From: the human T2T-CHM13v2.0 reference genome, Homo sapiens
Length of the DNA stretch: 64,000 nt
Assembly (NCBI RefSeq): GCF_009914755.1
Contig: NC_060930.1
Reading direction: 5' to 3' (one strand)
The notes beneath the pieces were generated by a model, which was not told the origin of the DNA, did no database searches, and worked only from the letters and a program-made list of their open reading frames with translations. Both the position numbers and the translations under genes were made by a program. Of this stretch, positions 38,600 through 59,619 are shown piece after piece (within the stretch, counting starts at the first letter, position 1; every line of letters starts with the position of its first letter).

Positions 38600-41480
38600 C
38601 CAGGACACAAGGGGCCAAGATCCTATAGATATGGGCAACACACTGAAGTGACTAAAATTCTAAACTTTTTCCCGTATTTTCTGCTAAGTAAAATGACCAA
38701 AAAACTGAAATGGGAAATAGAGCTTCCCACAGTATATAATGCTGAGGACACAAAAGTTGGAGCTCGAGGCTGCCAATGCAGGAGAATTTGAAATAAAAGT
38801 TCCAGCAAGTTGGGAATAACAATGCCTGACACTTTGTGCCTCTTCTGCAGCATTTGTCAATTCCTAAGTGATGTGTAAGATCCTGTCAATTCCTCAGTGA
38901 TCTCCAGAATTTTTGTTAAAATCTCTGAAGGACTACATTTTAAGACTACATCCTAACTGTAAATGCATGAGGCTATATAAGAGCTTAAACCCAGATTTGA
39001 ATTAGCTCCATCTTTGTACAAAGATGACCTTTCATTATTCTATCTGGCAGAGCTGAAATTAATCCTCTCAGGAATGAGATAATGGTCTCCAGAACTTCTT
39101 AATTTTTTCATACACAAACACACAAAATTAGTTGTTCAATAAATAATTACCAGAAATACCTAAAACTGGGGCCAAGTAAGAAAATGAACAATAGAAATAG
39201 GGCCAAAAATGAATTATATATTAGATTATCAGACATATATTTGAAAATAACTCTAATTCATTGGAAAATAAATGACAAGACAGAAAATTTTGCCATAAAA
39301 TTGGAACTACTAAAAAAAATCCAGTGGAAATCCTCCACTTCAATGACAAATTAATAACAAAATTAACTGATAGGTTTAAACACAGACTGGAATAAGCTGT
39401 GAGAAAACAGGAGATAGAACAATTCCATAGAAACTATGCAAATTGGCATATGGAGAAAAAAAGAGACTAGAAAATACAGATATATTTGGAAAGGGTGAAA
39501 AGGCCTAACGTATGTTTAAATGGAATTTTAGGAAAAGAAGAAAAAGCAAATAGGGCAGAAGTAATATTTGAAGAAACAATAGCTAATTTTCCAAAACCTG
39601 ATGAAAGTCACTAAGTAACAGCATGCATAAAATGCTCCACAAACTCAAAACAGAACACAAAGGAAACAATATTCAGGCGCCTCGTAGCAAAACTGCCAAA
39701 AAAGAAATCTTAAAAGTAGCCATACATTTTTTGCAAACCAAATAAAAAACAATTGCCTCCAAAAAACAGCAAGACTTAAAAGTGACTCCTAAATAGAATG
39801 ATGAAAGCCAGAAAATAATGGAATCATAACTTCCAAGGGCTGAAAGAAAATAGTTATCAATTTTAAATTCTACACATTTGAAAATATGCCCTTCAAATAT
39901 TATGACAAAACAAAACAAAGCAAAAAAGGGAATAAATAAATTAGTATGTCAGTAGAAAGCAATAATATAATAATGTCATATGGGATTTAAACTGTATGTA
40001 GAATTTAAATAACAACAAAAAAGCAGCAATAACTTAAAAGGCAGTGGGTGGTACATGAATGTCTAAGATTTAACATTATAAATCTGGTAAAAGCGCTCAC
40101 TTGTATTAGACTCTAGAAATTAATTGAAAATGTGTTTTAAATCAGGGTTAAAAACTAAAAGAATATATTACTAAATACACATAACTGAAAAGGAGAAATA
40201 TGAAATTTTAAAAAAACTTTATTCATTAAGCACTAAATAAAACATTGGTCAATGAAGAAATCACAGTGGAAATTACAAAACACTTAGAACTAAATGGTAC
40301 TGGAAATACATCATACCAAAACTTGTGATCTGTACCTAAAGCCTTGCTTAGTAGGAGATTAATATACTTGAAAAAGGGAAAAGGCAAAAAAAAAAAACAA
40401 AAAAGTTATCTACTACTCATTTCAAAAAGTTAAAAGAAAAAAAATAAACCCAAAGAACTGTAAACTAGTTAAACCATTGTGGAAGTCGGTGTGGCGATTC
40501 CTCAGGGATCTAGAACTAGAAATACCATCTGACCCAGCCATCCCATTACTGGGTATATACACAAAGGATTATAAATCATGCTGCTATAAAGACACATGCA
40601 CACGTATGTTTATTATGGCACTATTCACAATAGCAAAGACTTGGAACCAACCCAAATGTCCAACAACGATAGACTGGATTAAGAAAATGTGGCACATATA
40701 CACCATGGAATACTATGCAGCCATAAAAAATGATGAGTTCATGTCCTTTGTAGGGACATGGATGAAACTGGAAACCATCATTCTCAGCAAACTATCGCAA
40801 GGACAAAAAACCAAACACCTCATGTTCTCACTCACAGGTACGAATTGAACAATGAGAACACATGGACACAGGAAGGGGAACATCACACACCCGGGACAGT
40901 TGTGGGATTGGGGGAGGGGGGAGGGATAGCATTAGGAGATATACCTAATGCTAAATGACGAATTAATGGGTGCAGCACACCAACATGGCACATGTATACA
41001 TAAGTAACAAACCTGCACATTGTGCACATGTACCCTAAAACTTAAAGTATAATAATAATAATAAAAAAGAAAGTAACAGGGAGAAAATAAAAAGATGAGA
41101 AATTAATAAAATGGTAAACACAATACAACAGAGAAAAAAAATCAACAAAAACAAAGATTAGGTTTTCTATCGACTCCTAAAATCAATAAACCACTAACAA
41201 GGCTGTTCAGAAAAAAAGAAGAGAAGACACAATTGTCAATATCATGAATAAAAAGGGGAACCATCACTACACATCTTACAAACACTAAGAAGATATTAAG
41301 GGATACTATGAATGACTTCATGCCAATAAATTTGACCGTTTAGATGAAATTGAGAAATAGGAAAATAGCTACCAAAATTTATACAAGAAGTAGAAAATCT
41401 GAATAATCATGTATCTATCACAGAAATTAAACGTGTAATTAAAAACTTTTCCACAAGGAAGACTCCCAGCTCTCCCAAAA
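38600..41480 (+). mobile_element. Old L1M 5'UTR/ORF1/ORF2 remnant, interrupted by the L1PA3 fragment
   Basis: ORF1-like 39170-39900 (agtaatatttgaagaaacaatagctaattttccaaaac); ORF2-like 40240-40456 and 41072-41480. Confidence 0.6.
40457..41065 (+). mobile_element. L1PA3-type 3' fragment (about 0.6 kb, 5'-truncated)
   Basis: 3'UTR gcattaggagatatacctaatgctaaatgacg; (aat)n tail; short TSD aaagaa (40452-40457, 41066-41071). Confidence 0.9.
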
Positions 41481-41700
41481 CACTCAGTGACAGCCAGGCA
41501 TCAATTAGATCTCTTAAGCAAATACTCTCCAAAGAGCCTAGAAAGACACAGGAAATAAATTTGATAATAATATGTACATAAAAAGAAAAAGGAAACAAGC
41601 AAAAATAAAATTGCATTTTGAATATGATCTATTATCAGTGTACTCATGAAACATTTTTCCTTCAGACTCAGAACAGAAAAAAAAGAAAAAAAAACTTTTA

Positions 41701-43190
41701 AAATCCCCCAGTGCTTTCAGAGGCCAAGATGGGAGGATTGCTTGAGGGGAGGAGATCAAGGCCAGCCTGGGCAACATAGTCTCTACAAAAATTAAAAAAT
41801 TGGCCAGGTGTATAAAAACCCTAGAAGAAAACCTAGGTAATACCATTCAGGACATAGGCATGGGCAAAGACTTCCTGACTAAAACACCAAAAGCAATGGC
41901 AGTAAAAGCCAAAATTGACAAATGGGATCTAATTAAACTAAAGAGCTTCTGCACAGCAAAAGAAACTATCAGCAGAGTGAACTGGCAACCTACAGAATGG
42001 GAGAAAATTTTTGCAATCTATCCATCTGACAAAGGGCTAATATCCAGAATCTACAAAGAACTTAAACAAATTTACAAGAAAAAAACAACCCTATCAAAAA
42101 GTAGGTGAAGGATATGAACAGACACTTCTCAAAAGAAAACATTTATGTGGCCAACAAACATATGAAAAAAAGCTCATCATCACTGGTCACTAGAGAAATA
42201 CAAATCAAAACCACAATGAGATACCATCTCATGCCAGTTAGAATGGCGATCATTAAAAAGTCAGGAAACAACAGATGCTGGAGAGGATGTGGAGAAATAG
42301 GAACGCTTTTACACTGTTGGTGAAAGTGTAAATTAGTTCAACCATTGTGGAAGACAGCATGGCGATTCCTCAAGGATCTAGAACCAGAAATACTATTTGA
42401 CCCAGCAATTCCATTACTGGGTATATATCCAAAGGATTATAAATCTTTCTACTATAAAGACACAGGCACACATATGTTTATTGAGGCACGTTCACAATAG
42501 CAAATACTTGAAACCAACCCAAATGCCCATCAGTGATAGATTGGCTAAAGAAAATGTGGCACATATACACCATGGAATAATATGCAGCCATAAAAAAGGA
42601 TGAGTTCATGTTCTTTGCATGGACATGGAAGAAGCTGGAAACCATCATTCTCAGCAAAGTAACACAAGAACAGAAAACCAAACACCACATGTTCTCATTC
42701 ATAAGTGGGAGTTGAACAATGAGAACACATGAACACAGGGAGGGGAGCCTCAAACACCAGGGCCTGTTGGGGGGTAGGAGGCTAGGGCAGGGATAGCTTT
42801 AGGAGAAATATCTAATGTAGATAATGGGTTGATGGGTGCAGCAAACCACCATGGCACATGTATACCTATGTAACAAACCTGCACATTCTGCACATGTACC
42901 CCAGAATTTGAAGTATAATAAAATAAAATAATGTATTACCAGAAAATTACCTTCTAATGTATTAATACAAAGTTGATTTTAATAAAAAGTATGTGATCCG
43001 GCAAAAAAAAAAAAAAATTAGCCAGGTGTGATGGTACACAACTGTAGTCTTAGCTACTTGGGAGGCTGAGATGGGAGGATCACTTGAGCCCAGGAGCTCA
43101 AGACTGCACTGAGCTATAATAATGTCATTGCACTTCAGTCTGGGTGACAGAGCAAGGTTCTGTCTCTAAATAATAATAAAAAATAATAAA
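41701..43190 (+). mobile_element. AluJ split in its middle A-linker by an L1PA7 (left arm 41701-41811, right arm 43012-43190)
   Basis: Left monomer ends ...tctctacaaaaattaaaaaattggccaggtgt; right monomer resumes ttagccaggtgtgatgg. Confidence 0.85.
41812..43011 (+). mobile_element. L1PA7-type 5'-truncated insertion with 3' transduction
   Basis: 3'UTR ggctagggcagggatagc..ggagaaata..aatgtagat..gggttgatggg; 18-bp TSD aaaaaatt(g/a)gccaggtgt at 41794-41811 and 43012-43029. Confidence 0.9.
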
Positions 43191-45128
43191 ATCTTTTCTA
43201 CTTCCCATTTAGCACATAAATAACTTTTTTTCCATTGCTAGCAAATATATTGTGTTAGCTGATATCTTTTTTTATCTTTTGTGAGCTTTTAAAAAAAACT
43301 ATAATAGGACATCAGTTGCAGAAGGACTGAAGTTGATGGCAATGAGTACCAGCAACCGTGCATAAAAGTTTATATTTCCAAGGAGTCAGGAGAACAAGAA
43401 AAAATGTTCATGTTAAAAAATCAGTAAGTTATATTTAACAGTCTCCAGATGGATTTGCAAGTAGTTCCATTTTTACCTTCAGATTTCCAGCTACCATTTT
43501 GTGAAAATATAGTATAAATATATGGGTTAATTAAGCCTCAGATTTAGCTGGCTATTAGTCTAAGTTGCAGGAGTTCACACTTTTTCTCAATTCTTTCATC
43601 CTGCCTGGCTCCTGGCTCAACAGTGGGCATGAGTTTACATTGGCAATTATATGCTCCCCACTAGAACTGCTGGAAACCTCACTTATATTAAAAACAGGGA
43701 TTCTGAATTAAATAAGAACCACTAACTCTGACATGCTGAGAGTTCATATCTGGATAAATCAGATTTTCTTGTCCTTTAATTCTTGAAATTTTTAACATGT
43801 CCAATCCTCCAGCTAAAATACCATTCACTATATTTCTATAAATCCACTTACTTAAATCCTTTTATTAGAGTTGGCATACTTAGGTCTTTTGTGAATTGCA
43901 ATTCTTTTTTAAAAAATCAATGAAACAGCACCTGAGCATAATTTCCACTACATGCATTTAAATAATGTGAAATTAATTTACATTTCATTGCCAGCCTTAG
44001 TTTAAAAATACCTTTATTATTTTATAAAAGTTATACAATAATATACATTTGGTCATGAGAAATCTTTTGAATTATTTTTAAAGATGATATGCACCATCCA
44101 TCAATTGTAATTGATACATAAAAAATCTAAATTTACCCAAAAAAGCCAAGTGAAGAGAAGTACTCACATTACAAAAGCAGTCAAACTAGGGACCTGTTAA
44201 ATATCTTGTTCCTATTATGCGATTTATCAAAATGTGATTTACCTACTATATTTTCCTGCAAAATATATATATATGAATACATATATTAAGCTGTGTCTCT
44301 TTATGCCATCATAATTAAATTGCCAAAGAAAAGCATTTATTTCTTCAGTCTAAACTGTGATAAATTTTATAACAGGTACTGTAATGATGGAATTGGGTAA
44401 CAAAATATACTCTAAAATTATAAATATTATCTGCCCTGAAAAATCAAGAGGCTTCAAAATTTAGAATTACAAAAATAAATATTTACATGTTATTATGCTA
44501 TCAGCAAAATATTTTTAATTACTTTCATTTAAAAATGTTTACAGATATAGAGAACAAAACAAACAGGGTTGGCAGAGGAAGTGTGGAGATGTAGGTCAGA
44601 GAATACAAAGTAGATGACATAGGATGAAGAAGTCTAGCGATCCAATGTACAACATGAAAACTGTAATAAAATTTTACTATATTTGGGATTCAAACTAAAT
44701 CAGTAGATTTTGTAGCTCTTGTAGCACACACAAAAAATGGGAAGCTATGGGAGGGAGGAGCCAAGATGGCCAAATAGGAATAGCTCCGGTCTACAGCTCC
44801 CAGCGTGAGCAACGCAGATGATGGGTGATTTCTGCATTTCCAACTAAGGTACTGGGTTCAACTCACTGGGGAGTGCCAGACAGTAGGTGCAGGACAGTGG
44901 GTGCAGTGCACCGTGTGAGAGCTGAAGCAGGGTGAGGCAATGCCTCACCCAGGAAGCACAAGGGGTCAGGGAATTCCGTTTCCTAGTCAAAGAAAGGGGT
45001 GACAGATGGTACCTGGAAAATCAAGTAACTCCCACCCTAATAGTGTGCTTTTCCATCAGGCTTAAAAAATGGCACACCAGGAGATTATATCCCACATCTG
45101 GCTTGGAGGGTCCTATGCCCACAGAGTC

Positions 45129-45203
45129 TCACTCATTGCTAGCACAGCAGTCCGAGATCAAACTGCAAGGTGGCAGCAAGGCTGGGGGAAGGGCGCCCAC
45201 CAT
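45129..45203 (-). pseudogene. Truncated L1 ORF0 remnant
   Basis: MVGALPPALLPPCSLISDCCASNE* matches the ORF0 N-terminus; stop after 24 codons. Confidence 0.7.
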
Positions 45204-45527
45204 TGCCGAGTTAGTTGTTTGATTAGGTAAACAAAGCGGCCGGGAAGCCCGAACTGTATGGAGCCCACCACAGCTCAAGGAGGCCTGCCTGCCTCTGTAG
45301 GCTCCACTCTGGGGGCAGGGCACAGACAAACAAAAAGACAGCAGTAACCACTGCAGACTTAAATGTCGCTCTCTGATAGCTTTGAAGAGAATAGTGGTTC
45401 TCCCAGCATGCAGCTGGACATCTGAGAGCGGGAAGACTGCCCCCTCAAGAGGGTCCCTGACCGCCGAGTAGCCTAAATGGGAGGCACCCCCGAATAGGGG
45501 CGAGCTGACACCTCACATGGCCGGGTA

Positions 45528-45656
45528 CTACTCTGAGACAAAACTTCCAGAGGAACAATCAGGCAGCAACATTTGCGGTTCACCAAGATCCGCTGTTCTA
45601 CAGCCACCACTGCTGATACCCAGGCAAACAGGGTCTGGAGTGGACCTCTAGCAAAC
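45528..45656 (+). promoter_or_regulatory. 129-bp 5'UTR segment carrying the ZNF93 KRAB-ZNF repressor site (lost in younger L1s)
   Basis: 129 bp lie between gggta and tccaacagacctgcagc, which are adjacent in L1HS; also present in copy B at 54142-54270. Confidence 0.75.
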
Positions 45657-45785
45657 TCCAACAGACCTGCAGCTGAGGGTCCTGTCTGTTAGAAGGAAAA
45701 CTAACAAACAGAAAGGACATACACACCAAAAACCCTTCTGTATGTCACCATCATCAAAGACCAAAGGTAGATAAAATCCACAAAG

Positions 45786-46800
45786 ATGGGGAAATAACAG
45801 AGCAGAAAAACTGGAAACTCTAAAAATCAGAGCACTCTCCTCCTCCAAAGGAACACGGCTTCTCACCAGCAACAGAACAAAGCTGGACAGAAAATGACTT
45901 TGATGAGTTGAGAGAAGAAGGCTTCAGACAATCAAACTACTCCGAGCTACAGGAGGAAATTCGAACCAACGGCAAAGAAGTTAAAAGCTTTGAAAAAAAT
46001 TAGACAGATGGATAACTAGAATAACCAATGCAGAGAAGTCCTTAAAGGACCTGATGGAGCTGAAAACCAAGGCATGAGAGCTATGTGACGAAGGCAGAAG
46101 CCTCAGGAGCCGATGCGATCAATTGGAAGAAAGGCTATCAGTGAAGGAAGATGAAATGAATGAAATGAAGAGAGAAGAGAAGTTTGGAGAAAAAACAATA
46201 AAAAGAAATGAACAAAGCCTCCAAGACATATGGGACTATGTGAAAAGACCAAATCTACATCTGATTGGTGTACCTGAAAGTGAAGGGGAGAATGGAAACG
46301 AGTTGGAAAACATTCTGCAGGCTATTATCCAGGAGAACTTCCCCAAACTAGCAAGGCAGGCCAACATTAAGATTCAGGAAATACAGAGAACACCACAAAG
46401 ATAATCTGCAAGAAGAGCAACTCCAAGACACATAATTGTCAGATTCACCAAAGTTGAAATGAAGGAAAAAATGTTAAGGGCAGCCAGAGAGAAAGGTCGG
46501 GTTACCCACAAAGGGAAGCCCACCAGACTAACAGCTGATCTCTCAGCAGAAACTCTACAAGCCAGAAGAGAGTGGGGGCCAATATTCAACATTCTTAAAG
46601 AAAAGAATTTTCAACCAAGAATTTCATATCCAGCCAAACTAAGCTTCACAAGTGAAGGAGAAATAAAATATTTTACAGACAAGCAAATGCTGAGAGATTT
46701 TGTCACCACCAGGCCTGCCCTAAAAGAGCTCCTGAAGGAAGCACTAAACATGGAAAGGAACAACTGGTACCAGCCACCACAAAAACATGCCAAATTGTAA
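45786..46800 (+). pseudogene. L1 ORF1 of copy A, disrupted
   Basis: ATG GGG AAA TAA (stop at codon 4), further stops and frameshifts; C-terminal fragments in the ORF track. Confidence 0.9.
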
Positions 46801-46862
46801 AGACCATCAAGGCTAGGAAGAAATTGCATCAACTAACGAGAAAATAACCAGCTAACATCATA

Positions 46863-48056
46863 ATGACAGGATCAAATTCACACATAACAATATTAACTTT
46901 AAATTTAAATGGACTAAATGCTCCAATTAAAAGACACAGACTGGCAAATTGGATAAAGAGTCAAGACCCATCAATGTGCTGTATTCAGGAAACCCATCTC
47001 ACGTGCAGAGACACACATAGGCTCAAAATAAAGGGATGGAGGAAGATCTACCAAGCAAATGGAAACCGAAAAAAGGCAGGGGTTGCAATCCTAGTCTCTG
47101 ATAAAACAGACTTTAAACCAACAAAGATCAAAAGAGACAAAGAAGGCCATTACATAATGGTAAAGGGAACAATTCAACAAGAAGAGCTAACTATCCTAAA
47201 TATATATGCACCCAATACAGGAGCACCCAGATTCATAAAGCAAGTCCTTAGAGACCTACAAAGAGACTTAGACTCCCACACAATAATAATGGGAGACTTT
47301 AACACCCCACTGTCAACATTAGACAGATCAATGAGTCAGAAAGTTAACAAGGATACCCAGGAATTGAACTCAGCTCTGCACCAAGCAGACCTAATAGACA
47401 TCTACAGAACTCTCCACCCCAAATCAACAGAATATACATTCTTTTCAACACCACATCACATCTACTCCAAAACTGACCACATAGTTGGAGGTAAAGCACT
47501 CCTCAGCAAATGTAAAAGAACAAAAATTATAACAAATTGTCTCTCTGGCCACAGTGCAATCAAACTAGAACTCAGAATTAAGAAACTCACTCAAAACCGC
47601 TCAACTACATGGAAACTGAACAACCTGCTCCTGAATGACTACTGGGTAAATCATGAAATGAAGGCAGAAATAAAGATGTACTTTGAAACCAACGAGAACA
47701 AAGACACAACATACCAGAATCTCTGGGACACACTCAAAGCAGTGTGTAGAGGGAAATTTATAGCACTAAATGCCCACAAGAGAAAGCAGCAAAGATCTAA
47801 AATTGACACCCTAACATCACAATTAAAAGAACTAGAAAAGCAAGAGCAAACACATTCAAAAGCTAGCAGAAGGCAAGAAATAACTAAGAGCGGAGCAGAA
47901 CTGAAGGAAATAGAGACACCAAAAACCCTTCAAAAGATTAAGGAATCCAGGAGCTGGTTTTTTGAAAAGATCAACAAAATTGATAGACTGCTAGCAAGAC
48001 TAATAAAGAAGAAAAGAGAGAAGAATCAAATAGATGCAACAAAAAATGATAAAGGG

Positions 48057-48086
<30 letters not shown>
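46863..48086 (+). CDS. Truncated L1 ORF2 reading frame: APE-like endonuclease domain plus linker (407 aa)
   Basis: Native ATG; N14, E43, GDFN and DH motifs present, but SDH reads SGH; ends about 10 codons inside the nested insertion. Expression unproven. Confidence 0.5.
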
Positions 48087-52067
<3,981 letters not shown>

Positions 52068-53392
52068 ACAATGAGAACACTTGGACACAGGAAGGGGAAC
52101 ATCACACACCGGGAACTGTTTTGGGGTGGGGGGAGGGGGGAGGGATAGCATTACGAGGTATACCTAATGCTAAATGACAAGTTAATGGGTGCAGCACACC
52201 AACATGACACATATATACATATGTAACAAACCTGCACGTTGTGCACATGTACCCTAAAACTTAAAGTATAATAAAAATAAACTTTTTTTTTAAAAGGGGA
52301 AGCTATGTGATGCCATGGATATGTTAATTTGCTTCACTTTGCTCCACTTCCCTAGCCTTATTATTATCTGTGTCCCAGAACATCATGTTCTATACCTTAA
52401 ACATACACAATAACACTTTTTTTAAAAAAAAGAAGAAATTGTTTAAATAGTAATAGGTTCTTCATATCTTGAAATTTATTATTGTGAACAAAGATTTGCA
52501 TAGATGTTTACTTACACACTGTGTGGAACTTATCAAATCATTTCAGTTTAACATGATTCTGTGCAGAGAGTCAGCATCTAGCAAATATTTGTCTGACGTC
52601 TGATAGGAAAAAATAAAGGAAGTAGAAATCTATCTCTCTCTTCTAGGCACTGTATTAATTGATGGAAGACACAAAGCAAATACTAATGAAAACACTAAGG
52701 AAGACGAATGGTATAACAAATTAGGGCCTGACCTACATTTGCAACTCTATATTCTGATGAACACCGCCAGGCATCTGCCCTCTCATTTCTACCTTACTGT
52801 TTCCTCAAGCTCACAGTTCATGTTCTGGTGCCTTAGCAAGGGCTGTTTCCACTCCCCAGGATGTCCTGCCCATCTCTACCTCTTCTTCTCTACCTCAAAT
52901 GCTAATTCTTTTGGCAGTATTTTCTCACTTTTTCCCTACATCTCATAGTACCTGAGTGGGCTGTCCCAGTACTCACCATATTGCCACCTTTATGTATTTT
53001 ACAACTCTCTGCTGACTAACTGTGTGGCTCATTAGGCACTAGCCTCAGTCTATCTCGATCTCTATAGCATCTGGCCCTGGGGGTATACATGCAAATCCTG
53101 CACACATCACCCTCAAACTCAGAGCAATGGGAAAAAGTCTGTTTAGACTGCAACTAAGTTAAATGCTGCAGCCAGTTCTACCAAATGGAAGTTGAAGCTG
53201 AGCAGGTCATACAATAACTGGGAAGTACAGAGAACACTTGGCTGGAGTATGAGACAAGAGGAATGCGTGGCATTCTGCTCCATGCACAAGCATATGTTTC
53301 TCAAAACCAATAAGGGGTTTTTGCCTTGGAAGCATACTGAAGTTTCGATATGCATCAGATCATGGCAAATTGACTCCATGAGTGAATTTTTA

Positions 53393-53741
53393 TGATGTCA
53401 TAGTTCAGGATGCTATAACAAATCACCATAAATTGGATAGCTTAAACAACAAACATTTATTTCTTATAGTTCTGAAGGTTGGGAAGTCTAAGATCAAGAT
53501 GCTAGCAAATCTGATGCCTGGTAAGGGCACCTTCCGGGTTTGCAGATGGCACCTTCTTGCAGTATCCTTACATAGTAGAGAGGAAGCTGTTGTGTTTCTT
53601 CTTATAAGAGCAAATTTCATTCATCAGGCCCCAACCTCATGATCTAACTATCCACCCTCAAGCCCTCATATCCTAATATCATCACCTCAAGGGTTAGGAT
53701 TTCAATATATGAATATGGGGGACACATTCATTCAATAGTAC
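53393..53741 (-). mobile_element. MLT1A-like solo LTR
   Basis: gctataacaaatcaccata...aaacatttattttcttatagttctgaagg...gggttaggatttcaatatatgaat. Confidence 0.8.
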
Positions 53742-54398
53742 ATGGTAAACCCCATTTTCAAGACCAGAACAATTCACTGGTTGGATTTCCCAGTTTGTCC
53801 TACTTCCACTAATTTGTAGAATGCCTTTTGCTAAACATTTCTGTATTCTGTATTTTAGAATCATTTTCATTGCTTTAAAATTTTGATTTTGCTGTCATTT
53901 TTATTTCATAGCATGTTTTAGATTATGTTTTTAAAAAATCCCACTGTCATATACTAACACTTCCCAGAAAACGTCCAAACAACAGTAAACGAATATTTTG
54001 AAATTGAATTAAGACATACAGGGCACGGAGTTTGAGATCTGAAAACAGACAGACTGCCTCAAGTGGGTCCCTGACCCCCAAGTAGTCTAACTGGGAGGCA
54101 CCCCCCAGTAGGGGCAGAATGACACCTCACATGGCCAGGTACCACTCTGAGACGAAACTTCCAGAGGAACAATCAGACAGCAACATTTGCTGTTCAGCAA
54201 TGTTCGTTGTTCTGCAGCCTCCGCTGCTGATACCCCAGCAAACAGGGTCTGGAGTGGACCTCTAGCAAACTCCAACAGACCTGCAGCTGAGGGTCCTCAT
54301 TGCTAGAAGGAAAACTAACAAACAGAAAGGACATCCACACCAAAACCCCATCTGTACGTCACCATCATCAAAGACCAAAGGTAGATAAAAACACAAAG

Positions 54399-55416
54399 AT
54401 GGGGGAAAAACAGAGCAGAAAAACTGAAATTTCTAAAGATCAGAGCTCCTCTCCTCCTCCAAAGGAACTCAGCTCCTCACCAGCAACGGAAAAAAGCTGG
54501 ATGGAGAACGACTTTGATGAGCTGAGAGAAGAAGGCTTCAGACAATTAAACTTCTCCGAGCTAAAGGAGAAAGTTCGAACCCATCGCAAAGAAGTTAAAA
54601 ACGTTCAAAAAAGATTAGACGAATGGCTAACTAGAATAACCAATGCAGAGAAGTCCTTAAAGGACCTAATGGAGCTGAAAACAACGGCACAAGAACTATG
54701 TGACGAATGCACAAGCTTCAGTAGCTGATTTGATCAACTGGAAGAAGGGTATCAGTGATGGAAGATCAAATGAATGAAATGAAGAGAGAAGAGAAGTTTA
54801 GAGAAAAAAGAATAAAAAGAAATGAACAAAGCCTCCAAGAAATATGGGACTATGTGAAAAGACCAAATCTACGTCTGATTGGTGTACCTGAAAGTGACGG
54901 GGAGAATGGAACCAAGCTGGAAAACACTCTGCAGGATATTATCCAGGAGAACTTCCCCAAGCTTTTACCAAGGCAGGCCAACATTCAAATTCAGGAAATA
55001 CAGAGAACGCCACAAAGATACTCCTCGAGAAGAGCAACGCCAAGATACATAATTGTCAGATTCACCAAAGTTGAAATGAAGGAAAAATGTTAAGGGCAGC
55101 CAGAGAGAAAGGTCGGGTTACCCACAAAGGGAAGCCCACCAGACTAACAGCTGATCTCTCAGCAGAAACTCTACAAGCCAGAAGAGAGTGGGGGCCAATA
55201 TTCAACATTCTTAAAGAAAAGAATTTTCAACCCACAATTTCATATCCAGCCAAACTAAGTTTTATAAGTGAAGGAGAAATAAAATCCTTCACAGACAAGC
55301 AAATGCTGAGAGATTTTGTCACCACCAGGCCTGCCCTAAAAGAGCTCCTGAAGGAAGCACTAAACATGGAAAGGAACAACTGGTACCAGCCACTGCAAAA
55401 ACATGCCAAATTGTAA
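54399..55416 (+). pseudogene. L1 ORF1 of copy B, disrupted
   Basis: Broken into ORFs 54300-54728, 54755-55093 and 55087-55416. Confidence 0.9.
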
Positions 55417-55479
55417 AGACCACCTACGCTAGGAAGAAACTGCATCAACTAACGAGCAAAATAACCAGCTAACATCATA

Positions 55480-59305
<3,826 letters not shown>

Positions 59306-59619
59306 ACAATGAGAACACTTGGACACAGGAAGGGGAACATCACACACTGGGGCCTGTTGTGGGGGAGTGGGAGGGGGGAGGGGTAGCATTAGGAGATATA
59401 CCTAATGTAAATGACAAGTTAATGGGTGCAGCACACCAACATGGCACATGTATATATATATAACAAACCTGCACGTCATGTACATGTATCCTAGAACTTA
59501 AAGTATAATAAAATATACATATATAGAAAAGAAAACTTGTTCTGTGCCATAGTGAAAAATTCTACTATAATGAGTGATATGCTAAAAAAAAAAAAAAAGA
59601 CATACAGAAATGCTTGAGT

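Larger units (their letters stand above)
44750..45785 (+). promoter_or_regulatory. L1 internal sense/antisense promoter (5'UTR); YY1 core AAGATGGCC at 44763-44771
   Basis: Complete 5'UTR with intact YY1 motif; many CpGs decayed; activity unknown. Confidence 0.7.

Noticed and set aside
34725-38901. Small near-tandem duplications (34725-34755, 38855-38901; also near 10271, 15915 and 25972)
   Set aside because: Ordinary micro-duplications with no shared unit or array structure; not CRISPR-like.
40905-40925. G-rich potential quadruplex (also near 49260, 52123 and 59360)
   Set aside because: Standard L1 3'UTR polypurine tract, not locus-specific.
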